Below are positions 42,879-54,324 of a stretch of 64,000 nucleotides of DNA, piece after piece. The translations under genes were made by a program, and so were the position numbers. The stretch spans positions 32,001-96,000 of the forward strand of contig JAVRCV020000015.1 in the NCBI GenBank assembly GCA_034530615.2, written 5' to 3'. Position 1 is the stretch's first letter; each line of letters starts with the position of its first letter. The stretch is from Aulosira sp. ZfuVER01 (GTDB lineage: Bacteria > Cyanobacteriota > Cyanobacteriia > Cyanobacteriales > Nostocaceae). Below the pieces are notes generated by a model. It saw only the letters and a list, made by a program, of their open reading frames with translations, had not been told where the DNA came from and made no database searches.

Positions 42879-42963
42879 AGTATGAAGGCTAAAGGTTGGT
42901 GAAATTCTATATTCTTCCTCCCTAATCCTTCATCCTGAAAACTTAACACTTGATCCTTGATGT

Positions 42964-43980
42964 ATGCGCTATTCGCTTGTTAGTCGATTTCGTGGTGCTT
43001 TACTAGGGGCATTAGTTGGGGGAAGTTTAGCCTCTAGCCATCACAAAGAACTTCCGAACTGCTGTGACATTGATACAATGGCGGTTCTGGGTACTGAAAG
43101 TTTAATTGAACTTGGCAGATTAGATTTAGATGATTGGCAATCGCGTCAGCAACAAGCATCTAGTAATTTAGCTGTAACTAATAGCATTTCGTTGAAAGTG
43201 ATACTGGCTACATTACCAGTAGCGCTTTTTTTTCATGAAAATACACTTAAACTGCGACAAAACTTACTGCGTGTGTTAAAAATCTGGGAGGATGACCCAG
43301 TAATCCGGGATGGAACACTCGCTGTAGGGTATGCGATCGCGCAAAGCCTTACGGAAAAACTCCACCCCCGCACTCTGATTCCAGAGGCGATCGCCTTTAT
43401 TGGTGAAACGCCAACATCTCTACCACAACAGTTATTAAAAGTTAATGCTTTGTTAGATCGGGGAGCAGGATTAGAAAGGGCGCAAGTCGATTTGAGTAGA
43501 GGAGAAAAGCTAAGTAGTGCTATTGCTATGGCATTTTACTGCTTTCTTATTACCTTGGAAGACTACCGTTTGGCAGTTTTGCGGGCTACTCAACCAGGTG
43601 ATGTTTGGCAACAAGACCATTGGCGTTTACACTTACATAATATAAGTGCAATTACTGGTGCTTTATCGGGGGCCTATAATAGCACTGCGGGTATTCCAGT
43701 AGGTTGGCAGATCTTATACTCGCAAGCAAATTCGCCAGCATCAGGACTGAGCAATTTTTCTGGGGTGGTGGAATTAACTGATGCACTTGTGGCTGTATGG
43801 TCAGGATTGTATAATTTTGCTCAAGATTCCAGTCATTCAAGTGCAGAGGGAGATTCTCTACCTGAGTCAGAAGCATCTCTACCCTTACGGGAAGGCAGTC
43901 GTTACAAATCTGGAAATCAGAGCCACGTGCAGCCTCCTCTGTGCGTCTACGCAGCTCCTCGCGTTATCCGGTCGCGTTAA
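42964..43980 (+). CDS. ADP-ribosylglycohydrolase-family protein (degenerate active site)
   Basis: RFRGALLG N-terminus and AITGALSGAY…GIP..W C-terminus; the acidic metal-binding motifs are not evident. Confidence 0.7.
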   Translation: MRYSLVSRFRGALLGALVGGSLASSHHKELPNCCDIDTMAVLGTESLIELGRLDLDDWQSRQQQASSNLAVTNSISLKVILATLPVALFFHENTLKLRQNLLRVLKIWEDDPVIRDGTLAVGYAIAQSLTEKLHPRTLIPEAIAFIGETPTSLPQQLLKVNALLDRGAGLERAQVDLSRGEKLSSAIAMAFYCFLITLEDYRLAVLRATQPGDVWQQDHWRLHLHNISAITGALSGAYNSTAGIPVGWQILYSQANSPASGLSNFSGVVELTDALVAVWSGLYNFAQDSSHSSAEGDSLPESEASLPLREGSRYKSGNQSHVQPPLCVYAAPRVIRSR

Positions 43981-44244
43981 TGCTATTTATACTGAGCAGT
44001 ATTGTAGACGTGACACCAACATTCAATCCTAGCAAGCAGTCAACAAATAAAAAATTTAGTAGTTCTTTATACTACAATTTCCAAAGAAACTCTTAACCTG
44101 ACTCTGTAGGTAGGTATTGTGGCCGATTTGCCACAAGCAAACCCCACCTCCGAAGTTCTGAGCGGCTTCGGTTGCTCCTGCTTGGACTTCCCCTAGGTTT
44201 GTCTTGTTTTGAGGTATCAAAGTAAGCAACTGTAGGCAGAGGTA

Positions 44245-46971
44245 ATGAAACATCAGCGATTCTTTCAATCTTTGACCCAGCAATTAACTCACTGGCGGCG
44301 ACAGTACAAAGTACTGCGTCGTAAAGGAAAATTGTTGAGGGTGGTTAACGATCAAAGTCACCACAGTCCCCTGGGAGAATTTCCCAGAAATGTGGTCAAT
44401 AACATACTCATGTATGTATCAAAAACTCATGAAACTAGCCACAAACCAAGAATAGTACTCAGATCGATCGCAAAATCGGTTAATCGTGAGCAGCTGATGG
44501 ATACAATTGGTTTAAGCTGGGTGCATGAAAATCGTTCCTCTGTGATTTTGGCGATCGCAGTTGTATCCCTTACAGGAGTAATCGGGTATAAGTTTTACAA
44601 TCAGCCCAAACTAAAACTGGAAACTGTTGCACCCCAAACAATTAAAGCCCCCCGCACATCCAAGATTGAAGATCGCAACAAAACCGAAGCCCAACGCAAA
44701 GCCGTCAGTAACAATTTTCTGCCCATATTAATGGTCGATATGCAAATCAATGAACAAATCGATCATAATTTGCAACAACTTTTAGATGAGGGTGATAAAA
44801 TTCGCGCTATAGCAGGGTCTTTCCCTTTTGTTGACACTTTAGACCTACCTGTAGCTAGTCAGCGCTATCTACGTACTTGTACAGAGCAAGAATGGAAAAA
44901 TATATTACTAGCTTTAGAAAAAACTAGAAAACAGCCAGTAGGATTGTTGCTGCCAAACCAGAAAAACAGTTCCACAAGCAAACAGTTATCTTCATCCTTG
45001 CAATCATCCACAACAGTACCCAAACAAGCCACATCCCCAAACACACCACAAGCATCTATCAAGTTGCTGCTTGAGAATACAAAACCAGTCAATGATTCTC
45101 CAAAAGCTGAATTGATTCAAGTAGTAGCGGAACTAGAAACTTACCGCATCAGAACTTCAGAACAACAATTTGCTTTACTGATCGCTCAAATTTTGCAAGT
45201 AAGGCAAAAATACGAACTAGCCAAGAAAAAACTGTTACAGCCAGAGGCGAAAAAATCGGCAGCAATCAATGGAGAACATATCCTCTTAGATCTGTCAGAT
45301 AAAGACTGGACAACAACACAAACATTAATCCGCCAGATTTCGCAACGAATTGTCACTCAAGGTATTCCATACGGACTACCAGCAAATGCTTTAAAAGATA
45401 CAGTGAGCTTGCAAGTGGAAACATTAGAACCGCAAGAAGCTCAACCTTTAGCAACCAAACTATTGTTGGCTGTGCTGCAACCGAATCTGAAGAAAGATGA
45501 AGGAAAAACGCAAGAACAGGCAAAAAAGGCAGCTGCCAAGGTTTTACCAATAATGGTTGAGGTAAAGCAGAATGAGGTAATTGTCAGTAAGGGACAAAAG
45601 ATTACTAAGTGGAATTTGCAGGTACTGGAACATTATGAATTAAATGAGCGAGAAACTAACTGGCCGGAGTTAATCAAGGTGACAGGTATTGTCATGACAG
45701 CAATTGGTATTTTTGTGGTGATCGAACGCCGTCTCAAAACCCAATTGCGACAGCGCGATCGCTTGTTAGTATTGCTGTTAACCCTCAGTACTCCAGGTAC
45801 GATCGCGGTTGGTGTGATACATACCACCTGGAGTGCCATTGGTTTATTGTTGGGTAGTTTTTATGGCCCTGCTTTGGGCGCAACAGTTGTTGGGCTACTG
45901 TTGCTAGTGCTACCAGTTAGCATAGAAATCAGTAAAATTACCTTGATAGCTGGTGCGGCGGGGGGAATAGTTGGCAGTTGTATGGCCAAACGACTGCGAT
46001 CGCGTGAAGAATTAGCATTATTAGGATTGGCGATCGCCTCAACTCAGGGAGGCATTTACTTAATACTCTCACTACTATGGGGTTCAGCTTCTTGGTATCT
46101 TATCCTGCAAGAAGCAGCGTTATTTGCTTTATCTGGTTTAGCGTGGAGTATTGTGGCCTTGGGCTTGAGTCCTTATTTAGAAAAACTTTTTGATTTAGTT
46201 ACCCCTATCCGATTAGCAGAACTAGCCAATCCTAATCGTCCGCTGTTAAAGCGATTGGCTACAGAAGCTCCCGGAACCTTTCAGCATACCCTGTTTGTTG
46301 CCACCTTAGCGGAAGCGGCTGCCAAAAAACTCGGATGCGATGTCGAACTAGTGAGAGCTGGCACACTCTACCACGACATTGGCAAAATGCACGATCCTCT
46401 TGGCTTTATTGAAAACCAAATGGGGGGACCGAATAAGCATGACACAGAGATTAACGATCCTTGGAAAAGTGCAGAAATTATTAAAAAGCACGTCAATGAA
46501 GGCTTGATGATGGCAAGGGAACATCTTTTACCAACAGCGATTCAAGCTTTCATCCCCGAACATCAGGGAACGATGCTGATTGCTTATTTCCATCACCAAG
46601 CCCAGCAAATGGCGAAGGAAGATCCGAGTTTAACAGTAGACGACGCTGATTTTCGCTACGATGGCCCAATTCCCCAGTCTAGAGAAACAGCAATTGTGAT
46701 GTTGGCAGATTCTTGTGAAGCGGCGCTGCGCACGCTGCAAGTTTCGACAAAGTCATCGCTCAAAGATACTTCGACTGAACAAGCTTTAACAATGGTTAAT
46801 AATATTCTCCGTGCCCGATGGCAAGACGATCAACTCGTAGATTCAGGACTCACACGAGATGAAGTTTCCAAAATTGCTCACATATTTGTGGAGGTTTGGC
46901 AGCAATTCCATCACAAACGTATTGCCTATCCTAAGTTAAAAACTAATAACGAGAAAATGTCTAAAGGGTGA
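44245..46971 (+). CDS. 7TM-HD (HDIG) phosphohydrolase, PgpH-like cyclic-dinucleotide phosphodiesterase
   Basis: Extracellular domain, 7TM region, EAPGTFQH, YHDIGK, EHQGT, MLADSCEAA. Confidence 0.9.
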   Translation: MKHQRFFQSLTQQLTHWRRQYKVLRRKGKLLRVVNDQSHHSPLGEFPRNVVNNILMYVSKTHETSHKPRIVLRSIAKSVNREQLMDTIGLSWVHENRSSVILAIAVVSLTGVIGYKFYNQPKLKLETVAPQTIKAPRTSKIEDRNKTEAQRKAVSNNFLPILMVDMQINEQIDHNLQQLLDEGDKIRAIAGSFPFVDTLDLPVASQRYLRTCTEQEWKNILLALEKTRKQPVGLLLPNQKNSSTSKQLSSSLQSSTTVPKQATSPNTPQASIKLLLENTKPVNDSPKAELIQVVAELETYRIRTSEQQFALLIAQILQVRQKYELAKKKLLQPEAKKSAAINGEHILLDLSDKDWTTTQTLIRQISQRIVTQGIPYGLPANALKDTVSLQVETLEPQEAQPLATKLLLAVLQPNLKKDEGKTQEQAKKAAAKVLPIMVEVKQNEVIVSKGQKITKWNLQVLEHYELNERETNWPELIKVTGIVMTAIGIFVVIERRLKTQLRQRDRLLVLLLTLSTPGTIAVGVIHTTWSAIGLLLGSFYGPALGATVVGLLLLVLPVSIEISKITLIAGAAGGIVGSCMAKRLRSREELALLGLAIASTQGGIYLILSLLWGSASWYLILQEAALFALSGLAWSIVALGLSPYLEKLFDLVTPIRLAELANPNRPLLKRLATEAPGTFQHTLFVATLAEAAAKKLGCDVELVRAGTLYHDIGKMHDPLGFIENQMGGPNKHDTEINDPWKSAEIIKKHVNEGLMMAREHLLPTAIQAFIPEHQGTMLIAYFHHQAQQMAKEDPSLTVDDADFRYDGPIPQSRETAIVMLADSCEAALRTLQVSTKSSLKDTSTEQALTMVNNILRARWQDDQLVDSGLTRDEVSKIAHIFVEVWQQFHHKRIAYPKLKTNNEKMSKG

Positions 46972-47027
46972 AAATTTTCATAAGTAGGTTGGCGCAATTA
47001 AATATAAATTATGAGTGTCCTCATTTG

Positions 47028-48560
47028 TCATTGGTTATTTCTCATTGGTAAGGGTTTTAAAGGAGTTTCTTTTAATAAATAATGAGTACCTAAATGATTT
47101 TGATACGTTTTTAAATAGTTTTCATTGAGATAACTATTTAGATAGTTCTGAATAGTTTGAGATTTACATAGTAAAACTTGCTCTGGATGATAATTTTCAA
47201 AAACTGCAAGAATTTGTTCAGGTGTGATAGTTTTCGACTCTATCCTTTTACGGGATAAAACTCCAATTTCTGGAGGAACAGGTAAGCCTGAATAAAAAGC
47301 ATAAATTGGACAATTTGTGAAAACCCATTTGGTAAATGGTTTATTTTTTAACAAAATGTTAACGAATTGAATATGCTCCTGACTTTGCTCTAAATATCTA
47401 TGATTTTCTAAAATAATTACTCCTAACTTAATCGGAGTCACAATAATTGAGAAAATTACGAATCCTGCTGCTAAACCTGAGAAAGTGATTTTTTTAAAAT
47501 TACGAGGCTTAAACTTAGCGTACCATTTCCGCTGTTGAAAAAAATTAAACGATAATGTTACTCCGTAAGTAGCTAACCAAGCTAGAGGAATAGACAGTAA
47601 AAGGTAGTGATGATACCAGACTGGTCGGTGATTAAGCAGAACTATGAAACCTGTTATTAGCCAAATTATCGGAAAATATTTCTCCCATTCTTTTTTTTGA
47701 AAGATAACTATAATAGCCAAAATTGCTAAAAGTAGATAATCGAAATCCTGGAGTAGAAATAAAAATGTTAACTTCAAACTATTTCCTGTCTGAAAAGCTG
47801 TTTTTACCCTATTATTTAAATGCGATTGTAGTAATTGTTCATAAGTAAGAGAGTTACACAAAATACCAATTAATATGAAAACACTAGAAAAAGCAGTGAT
47901 CCATAAAATTGCATCAAAAAATAAACTCCCTTTTAATTGACGGTGAGAATTTTTTTTTACAGTAAATTGTAATAGATCAAATATAATTAAAGGAACTATA
48001 AAACCTGTAAATAATTTTATTTGTAAAGAAATTCCCAAAAGTGCTCCCGATATAATAATTAAAACTTTAGAAAATTTTTGAGTGAAAATTTGTTTATATA
48101 AAGTCAATGCATAAATTGAGAGCATAACCATTACCAAACATGGCAAATCAATCATTACAGAAACACTGAGTCTGAGAAAATTACATGAAATTATTAGCAT
48201 TAAAGTGCCAATAACTGCTTGTAAATTGCCTAAATAAATCCGTATGGTTTGACAGAAAGACCATATAAGTATTGTTGAGAAACTTAAAGTTAAAAGCCTT
48301 GCAGAATAGATTGATTTGCCAAACCAACCAAGCCAGGATGCTAAAATAACTGTGAAAAGAGGTGGTTGGTCATTCCAAACCTGTGTATACATAGAAAATC
48401 CATCTAAGTGCAAGGTAGCTTTGATCAATTCAATACCTTCATCACTTGAATCGAATTGAAATACCTGCTGAATAGGCATAAAGTAAATAGTAAAAATAAC
48501 AAAACTAGCGGGTATTATGAAATTAAATAATAAAAATGTTTTTAGCTTATTAGCGCTCAT
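47028..48560 (-). CDS. GT-C (ArnT/PMT-like, family 39) glycosyltransferase
   Basis: DEG…NDQPPLF motif and multiple TM helices. Confidence 0.75.
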   Translation of the reverse strand: MSANKLKTFLLFNFIIPASFVIFTIYFMPIQQVFQFDSSDEGIELIKATLHLDGFSMYTQVWNDQPPLFTVILASWLGWFGKSIYSARLLTLSFSTILIWSFCQTIRIYLGNLQAVIGTLMLIISCNFLRLSVSVMIDLPCLVMVMLSIYALTLYKQIFTQKFSKVLIIISGALLGISLQIKLFTGFIVPLIIFDLLQFTVKKNSHRQLKGSLFFDAILWITAFSSVFILIGILCNSLTYEQLLQSHLNNRVKTAFQTGNSLKLTFLFLLQDFDYLLLAILAIIVIFQKKEWEKYFPIIWLITGFIVLLNHRPVWYHHYLLLSIPLAWLATYGVTLSFNFFQQRKWYAKFKPRNFKKITFSGLAAGFVIFSIIVTPIKLGVIILENHRYLEQSQEHIQFVNILLKNKPFTKWVFTNCPIYAFYSGLPVPPEIGVLSRKRIESKTITPEQILAVFENYHPEQVLLCKSQTIQNYLNSYLNENYLKTYQNHLGTHYLLKETPLKPLPMRNNQ

Positions 48561-48682
48561 ATATTCATGAATTTATGAAAATATAGATAGTTGTACAAAC
48601 TAAATGTACATTTAGAAGATTATACGACAACTTGCCATCAAAGATTATTTGATTAAAGTTTCAATCACAATATCAAAAACTT

Positions 48683-50371
48683 CTAATTACTGCATCGATA
48701 AAGCTGATAAGGAATACCAATGCGATAGTGATGTGAAGGGTCTATGGTACAATTCATTTGATGAGGAAGTACCAACTGCGGCGGATAATCTTGCTCGATC
48801 ATTCCAGGGCCAACTATCCATAAATTTAGCTTAGATATTACTGGTATTGGCAGTTGGGAAAGTTTGTTCCATAAAGCTGATAAATTAGGGTATTTCTGTA
48901 AAATCGCCAAACTATCACTGCTAGATATATTTGTGGGGTGATTAATTTTGTATTCTACTGAAGAAGGTTGGCTCCTCAGCTGCTCCAGTGCTAAAGCAAA
49001 ACTTAGTCCCAAAGCTACATCTTGATAATTGCTATATCCTACCACTAGCATTACTGGTATTGAAGACTCTAGATTCATATTCTGAGCTACTTTCTCAGGG
49101 TAAAAAGGCTTTTGAAAAACTAGGTTGTTAACAACAATAACAGAACTGACAATTCCTAATAATACAATAATTAATTGCGCCTTTTTATGTTGGCTAATGC
49201 TGGCTGCTAAAAGGGCACAAAAGCTAGGATAATAGACAAAATGATAACGGGGAACAATAGTGATATCTTTTCCTAAAAAATAAACAATAGCAAAAAATTG
49301 TAATAAGACGAAAATAGTAAAAATCAACAGCGTTAATGTTGCTAAATTAGTTTTACTTTGGCAACATAGCAGTTTTAAACCTTTGTAGGCTTGCCATCCC
49401 ACCAAAATAGCAAAAATCACCATCAAAAAACCATACATAGCTGCAATTGCTAAAGGCTGATTTTCCACAGGTAGAGCAATTACCATTAATACCCAGCTAA
49501 TCAAAGTTTGATATATAGGTGCAATATTATTGGGAGTGGGCAACCAATTAGTTTGAGAAAAGTTAGAATGGCTGACTATTACTAACAACCAAGGTATGAA
49601 GCTAATTAGAACTGTGCTGGTAGAGAGAATTAAAACCAACAAAATTTTGCGTTTGTTAAGTAGCTTTGCCTTACCCCAGTTCATCAGCACAAGTAGCGTC
49701 AGAATTTCAGCAATGAAAGCTAAAACAAAAAAGTAGTGTACATAAAGCCCGATAATATTAACAACTGTCCATAAAAGCCAAACCCAAATTCTGATAGTTT
49801 TGTTCTGAAAAATATCTCGCTGAATTTGCAAGAGTCCTAATAAAGCTAAAGTTATCAGAAACATGGGTATGGTGTAGTGCCGTGCTTCTTGGGAAAGATA
49901 GACAGCAAAAGGAGAAACAGCTATCAGTAATGCTCCTACTATTCCAGCAGCGGGGGAAAAGGCGATATTATTGACAGCATAAATTGCCGCGATCGCACCT
50001 ACACCAAACAAAGCTGGCAATAATCGCAATTCCTGCACACAAGCTTGGCAGAAGGGATTTATCCACTCCAGCCAACTATACATTCCGCAAAAAAATAATG
50101 GTGGATGAGTAGATTGGGTAGCAAGATTGTTTGCAATCTGAGCATAGGTAATACCAGGTTTGAATGTAAAAATTTCCGGTACGCGCTCAAGTGGAAACAG
50201 CACATCCAAAGGCAAATTATTGTAATTGTTTCCCATGCTGAAAATAGCAGTAATTACCTCATCCATCCATAGAGGTTTTAAGTCTAAATTCCAAAAGCGC
50301 AAGCTCGCACCCAGTATAATCGCCCCAGCTAAACATAGATAATGTAGATAAAGTCTGCGCTTTGTTGTCAT
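48683..50371 (-). CDS. GT-C (family 39) glycosyltransferase
   Basis: LWMDE, HPPLFF, SQEARHY and multiple TM helices. Confidence 0.8.
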   Translation of the reverse strand: MTTKRRLYLHYLCLAGAIILGASLRFWNLDLKPLWMDEVITAIFSMGNNYNNLPLDVLFPLERVPEIFTFKPGITYAQIANNLATQSTHPPLFFCGMYSWLEWINPFCQACVQELRLLPALFGVGAIAAIYAVNNIAFSPAAGIVGALLIAVSPFAVYLSQEARHYTIPMFLITLALLGLLQIQRDIFQNKTIRIWVWLLWTVVNIIGLYVHYFFVLAFIAEILTLLVLMNWGKAKLLNKRKILLVLILSTSTVLISFIPWLLVIVSHSNFSQTNWLPTPNNIAPIYQTLISWVLMVIALPVENQPLAIAAMYGFLMVIFAILVGWQAYKGLKLLCCQSKTNLATLTLLIFTIFVLLQFFAIVYFLGKDITIVPRYHFVYYPSFCALLAASISQHKKAQLIIVLLGIVSSVIVVNNLVFQKPFYPEKVAQNMNLESSIPVMLVVGYSNYQDVALGLSFALALEQLRSQPSSVEYKINHPTNISSSDSLAILQKYPNLSALWNKLSQLPIPVISKLNLWIVGPGMIEQDYPPQLVLPHQMNCTIDPSHHYRIGIPYQLYRCSN

Positions 50372-50619
50372 CTATCTATTGCAATATATTGATATGTGAT
50401 TGAAGATTTACAACTATAGGTAGAAAAAGATAGGCATGAAATATTGAAATCTTTAAAAAGACAGCTAAGATTATTTTGCCTTATTTCGAGCAATAATACT
50501 TATTTTTATATTTTAGATTTTGGATTTTATACCAATTCAGTTAATGAGCGTGGCATAGAGATTGTCGCAAACCTCTACAGATACATCCGTTACATTCTGT
50601 ATTCCTAACTTTAAAAATT

Positions 50620-50652
50620 AGATCCCCAGCTTCTCAAAGAAGTCGGGGATCT
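50620..50652. terminator. Palindromic repeat / terminator AGATCCCC…GGGGATCT
   Basis: AGATCCCCAGCTTCT-CAA-AGAAGTCGGGGATCT hairpin downstream of the DUF445 gene. Confidence 0.6.
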
Positions 50653-50677
50653 GGACAGCGCGAATTTTCACAAAGTA

Positions 50678-51916
50678 TTATGGTTGATTGAACAGTAAAA
50701 ATACCGTTTGTCCTATACCCACAATCACACCCAAAACTCCGCCTAAAGTCACAATTGCCTGCAATTCATTTTTAACAATACCTTCAATTGCCGCTTCTAA
50801 ATCAGCGGGTGAAGTTGATTTGACGCGGTCAACAATCACCTGATCTATGGATAAAATTGGAATTATTTGAGCTACAATTACTTCTAAATCTTTTTCTAAA
50901 TATCGCTCTAAAATTAAAGCTAATTCTTGACTCACTACTTCTAATGAACTATTGACTACAGGTGAGGTACTAAGACGATTTAGTAGTAAGGAAGCAATAT
51001 TTTCCCAATCAACGGAGTCAGTTAATCCTTGTAACAAATCACTGCCACTTGATTGTAGGTAGTGGCGGACACTTTCTCTGGTAGTTTTTCGCAGTTGCCT
51101 TACTGTTCCCACTGGCAAATTTTGCAAGGATAAATTTTGCAATAATTTTTTGACGCGATCGCGCATTTGCAATTCTTGAATCAATTCTTTCAATCGAGCA
51201 TTGCTAGCTTCTTTCTCATCTAAGCAAAAAGCTCTGAGTCTGGTGAGAGTATTGCGTAAACCAAACAAATTCGCTACTACCCAATAAGTACCGCTGGTTT
51301 TTTCCCGAAAGCTTTCATCAATAGTTTGAATTGTGCGATCGGTTAAAAAATCAACTATAGTTTGCCGCAGCACATCTGGCGGTAACACTACTTCTATTAG
51401 CCAATCAGCCAGTCTTTTGGATTGTTCTTCACTGAGTTGAAATTCCAAGAGTACTTGGTCAAAAATTTGATTGATTTGAACTTCTAAAAAGTCTTCACGC
51501 CGTGCTAAAACTCTCAAGAGACGTGGCAAGGATTCACCTAACAGATCGCGCAAAATTCCTGCCACAATCTTGGCACTTTTTTGATTTTTTTCCTCTGAGT
51601 TAATTTGGTCGAGGGCTAGTTTTAACAACCACAAAATTGCTGCTTGTACCCGTTCTGTTTGCAACAGACGACGGGCGAGATTTTGCAATTCCTCTGGTGT
51701 CAAAAGTGACCCCATAATTGTATTAGAAATTTTCAGAGCCAAACGTTCCTGGTTACGGGGAATCAATCCAGGTGTAAACGGTATTCTTTGCTTACCGATA
51801 TAAATGGCTCGGTAGGGGCGAAACAACATTTTAATGGCTATATCATTTGTGAAATAGCCGATAATTCCACCTATCACCGGGGGTGATAGATAAAGCCACA
51901 GATGAGACCAATCCAC
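50678..51916 (-). CDS. DUF445 family protein
   Basis: [19 protein letters not shown]…TPGLIP; C-terminal [13 protein letters not shown]. Confidence 0.88.
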   Translation of the reverse strand: MDWSHLWLYLSPPVIGGIIGYFTNDIAIKMLFRPYRAIYIGKQRIPFTPGLIPRNQERLALKISNTIMGSLLTPEELQNLARRLLQTERVQAAILWLLKLALDQINSEEKNQKSAKIVAGILRDLLGESLPRLLRVLARREDFLEVQINQIFDQVLLEFQLSEEQSKRLADWLIEVVLPPDVLRQTIVDFLTDRTIQTIDESFREKTSGTYWVVANLFGLRNTLTRLRAFCLDEKEASNARLKELIQELQMRDRVKKLLQNLSLQNLPVGTVRQLRKTTRESVRHYLQSSGSDLLQGLTDSVDWENIASLLLNRLSTSPVVNSSLEVVSQELALILERYLEKDLEVIVAQIIPILSIDQVIVDRVKSTSPADLEAAIEGIVKNELQAIVTLGGVLGVIVGIGQTVFLLFNQP

Positions 51917-51954
51917 AGAATTTTGGACTTACCAATTTTGGATTTTGAACTTGG

Positions 51955-52037
51955 GGAAAAGTTGAGCCAGTCGCTTGCGGGGGTTCCCGTTTAAGGAGAT
52001 AGCTCTGCATTGGTCTCCCAACCTAGCAAACTTTTCC
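51955..52037. mobile_element. GAAAAGTT…AACTTTTC-bounded small repeat with nested interior
   Basis: Shares ends and GAGCCAGT with the 41805 element. Confidence 0.55.
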
Positions 52038-52122
52038 AAAAGAATTTTAGATTAAATAGTTGATTTTTGGATTCAAGAATCTCTGTTTCTTTACAAGTAG
52101 ACTTCAATCCAAAATTTCCAAT

Positions 52123-52815
52123 CTAAAATTTACTAACTACCAGCACTCCCATCATACCGTTCGCAATGGGGTAGTGTGTGGCGGCAGCAAAACCAACTTG
52201 AGAAGCTAATTCTACTTGCTCTTTGCCAACGGGAAAGCGGTCTAAGCTGGGACTGATGTAGGCGTATTCTTCTTTGACTCCCAACTGGGTGGCGGCTGGT
52301 ACAACAATATTCTCTAGATACCATTGCTGAAACGATCGCAGCTGCGCATTCTCTGGTCGATGAAAATCTAAAATTGCGGCTTTGGCTCCAGGCTTAAGAA
52401 CGCGATACAACTCTTTGAGACTGCGGGGAATATCTTTAACATTTCTTAAACCATAGCCCATTGTTGCAGCATCAAACTTATTATCCTCAAAAGGTAAATC
52501 GAGGACATCGGCTTCAACCCAGGTAATGTTTGGGTGGAGGTACTGTCTTTGAGAGCGTTCTTTAGCCATCGCTAGCAGGTTGGCGGAGAAATCCACTCCG
52601 TACACCTTTCCTGTTGCGCCCACACGCCTTGCTAAACCTAATGTGATATCGCCACTTCCGCAACACAAATCTAGGCAAGTATCTCCAGGCTCAGGGTTGC
52701 TCCATTTGATTGCCATTGCCTTCCAAATGCGGTGTTGCCCCAAACTCAACCAATCGTTCAACTGGTCGTAAACAGGAGCAATACGGTCAAAAATATCGCG
52801 AATTTCGTGAGTCAT
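52123..52815 (-). CDS. ubiE: Demethylmenaquinone/phylloquinone methyltransferase (UbiE/MenG)
   Basis: FDRIAPVYDQLNDWLSLGQHRIWK, LDLCCGSGD, YGLRNV, RVLKPG. Confidence 0.92.
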   Translation of the reverse strand: MTHEIRDIFDRIAPVYDQLNDWLSLGQHRIWKAMAIKWSNPEPGDTCLDLCCGSGDITLGLARRVGATGKVYGVDFSANLLAMAKERSQRQYLHPNITWVEADVLDLPFEDNKFDAATMGYGLRNVKDIPRSLKELYRVLKPGAKAAILDFHRPENAQLRSFQQWYLENIVVPAATQLGVKEEYAYISPSLDRFPVGKEQVELASQVGFAAATHYPIANGMMGVLVVSKF

Positions 52816-52998
52816 TAGTCAAAAAGTCAAGAGTCAAGAGTCAAGGGGAGCCACTGTGGTGAGACACTGCGTTGCGGGGGTTCCCCCCGTTGAAGGAAGT
52901 GTCGAACCCGTAAGGGTCTTGGGGTCTCCCCAATTAAAGCAAGTGGCGTTCAAAAGTCAATAGTTGAACTTTGGACTCCAGACCATTGACTCTTGACT
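52811..52998. repeat. STRR (GTCAAGA) runs enclosing nested small dispersed repeats
   Basis: Heptamer runs on both sides in opposite orientation; interior gagccactg…[gagacactgcgttgcgggggttccccccgtt…gtgtc]…caagtggcgt. Confidence 0.7.
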
Positions 52999-53953
52999 AA
53001 ACGTTTGCTTTATGGTCACAACTGCTAGTCAAAGCGATCGCTACCAATTGTGCTGATAAGTGAATTAGCTTTAATTCATCTTCTCGCAAAGTGTGAGGTT
53101 GTTTCCACTGTAGAGATAAAACTCCCATAACTTTGTTACGGTAGGCAATTGGAATAATTAAGTGTGCTTGGACACCAGACTGCTGGTAGTGAGCAACACC
53201 AGCTAATTTTTGCTCTTTAGATACATTTAACGATAATTGCAGTTGACCAGTAGCGATCGCCTCACTCACGAGTGGGTCTTGTGCTAGCCAGTTTTCTACA
53301 TTACCGCCGTAACTGTAAGATCCCTGAGTTTTAATCAGAGTATCACCCTCAAGTAGTTGCAGAATACAGTTATCAGCCCCAAAACTTTGGCTAAATGCAG
53401 TAGCTATTGGTATCAAAGTTTCTTCTAAACTATTAGCTGCCTGTGTTACCTCTACTAAAACAGTCAGTAGTGCCATTTGAGCGTTAGCACAGCGCAATTC
53501 TTCGGTGCGTTGCTTTAGCAAGTCGTAAGTTTCTGCTGCCCTTTGGACTACAGCCTTTAGTTCGCCTGGGTCCCAAGGTTTGGTGATGTATTTGTAAACT
53601 TGCCCAGCATTAATTGCTTCCACCAAGTCTTCAATATCTGTAAAGCCAGTCAGAATTATCCTGACTGTATCTGGAAATTGCGGTACAGTCTTGCTGAGAA
53701 ACTCAGTACCCTTCATTTCTGGCATCCGCTGATCGGAGATGATCACTGCCACTTCCCCTTCGGCTGCCAATATTTGCAGAGCGTTCATGCCGCTATCAGC
53801 TTTGAGTACATTAAAATCACGGCGAAAGGTACGATATAGCAGATCCAGATTATCTGGTTCATCATCAACGACAAGGATTTTGAGTTTTTTTGGTCTTTCT
53901 AAAGTCCGTAATTGGCGACGATCTGTATTAGTTTCCAGGCTGGCAGTATCCAT
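52997..53953 (-). CDS. Response regulator (REC + GAF)
   Basis: ILVVDDE…ISDQRMP…YITKPW followed by a GAF-like C-terminus. Confidence 0.88.
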   Translation of the reverse strand: MDTASLETNTDRRQLRTLERPKKLKILVVDDEPDNLDLLYRTFRRDFNVLKADSGMNALQILAAEGEVAVIISDQRMPEMKGTEFLSKTVPQFPDTVRIILTGFTDIEDLVEAINAGQVYKYITKPWDPGELKAVVQRAAETYDLLKQRTEELRCANAQMALLTVLVEVTQAANSLEETLIPIATAFSQSFGADNCILQLLEGDTLIKTQGSYSYGGNVENWLAQDPLVSEAIATGQLQLSLNVSKEQKLAGVAHYQQSGVQAHLIIPIAYRNKVMGVLSLQWKQPHTLREDELKLIHLSAQLVAIALTSSCDHKANV

Positions 53954-54324
53954 AAAAGTTAAGTCCTTTAAATATTTACTATCTTGTTATATTCCATACC
54001 AAGTCTAGTCGATAATAAACTACCAGCCTTGCGAAAATTTGCGGATGTAGCGAAAGAGCAATTGCAGTAATGCTGAATAATTACGATTAGTAAATTTATA
54101 CCTGGATATCAGCCCCAGAGTTTCCGGCTTTTTTCCTATAAAATAAAATTTGCTGATGAAATATTAATTACCCCATAAAGTTTAGTACACCAGCAAGTAT
54201 AAAAATGGATATGGGGAATTGGGCAAAAAAGCAATAGGCAATAGTTATTTTTTCCTGCCCTACTCCCCCTGCTTCCTCATCCTCCTGCTCTCTGTTCCCC
54301 ATTTTCATAATTATTGAATTGCTT

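Noticed and set aside
44120..44215. c-di-AMP riboswitch upstream of the HD phosphodiesterase
   Set aside because: Hairpins are present, but no GCTGAA…GGGGA…GCTAAC ydaO signature
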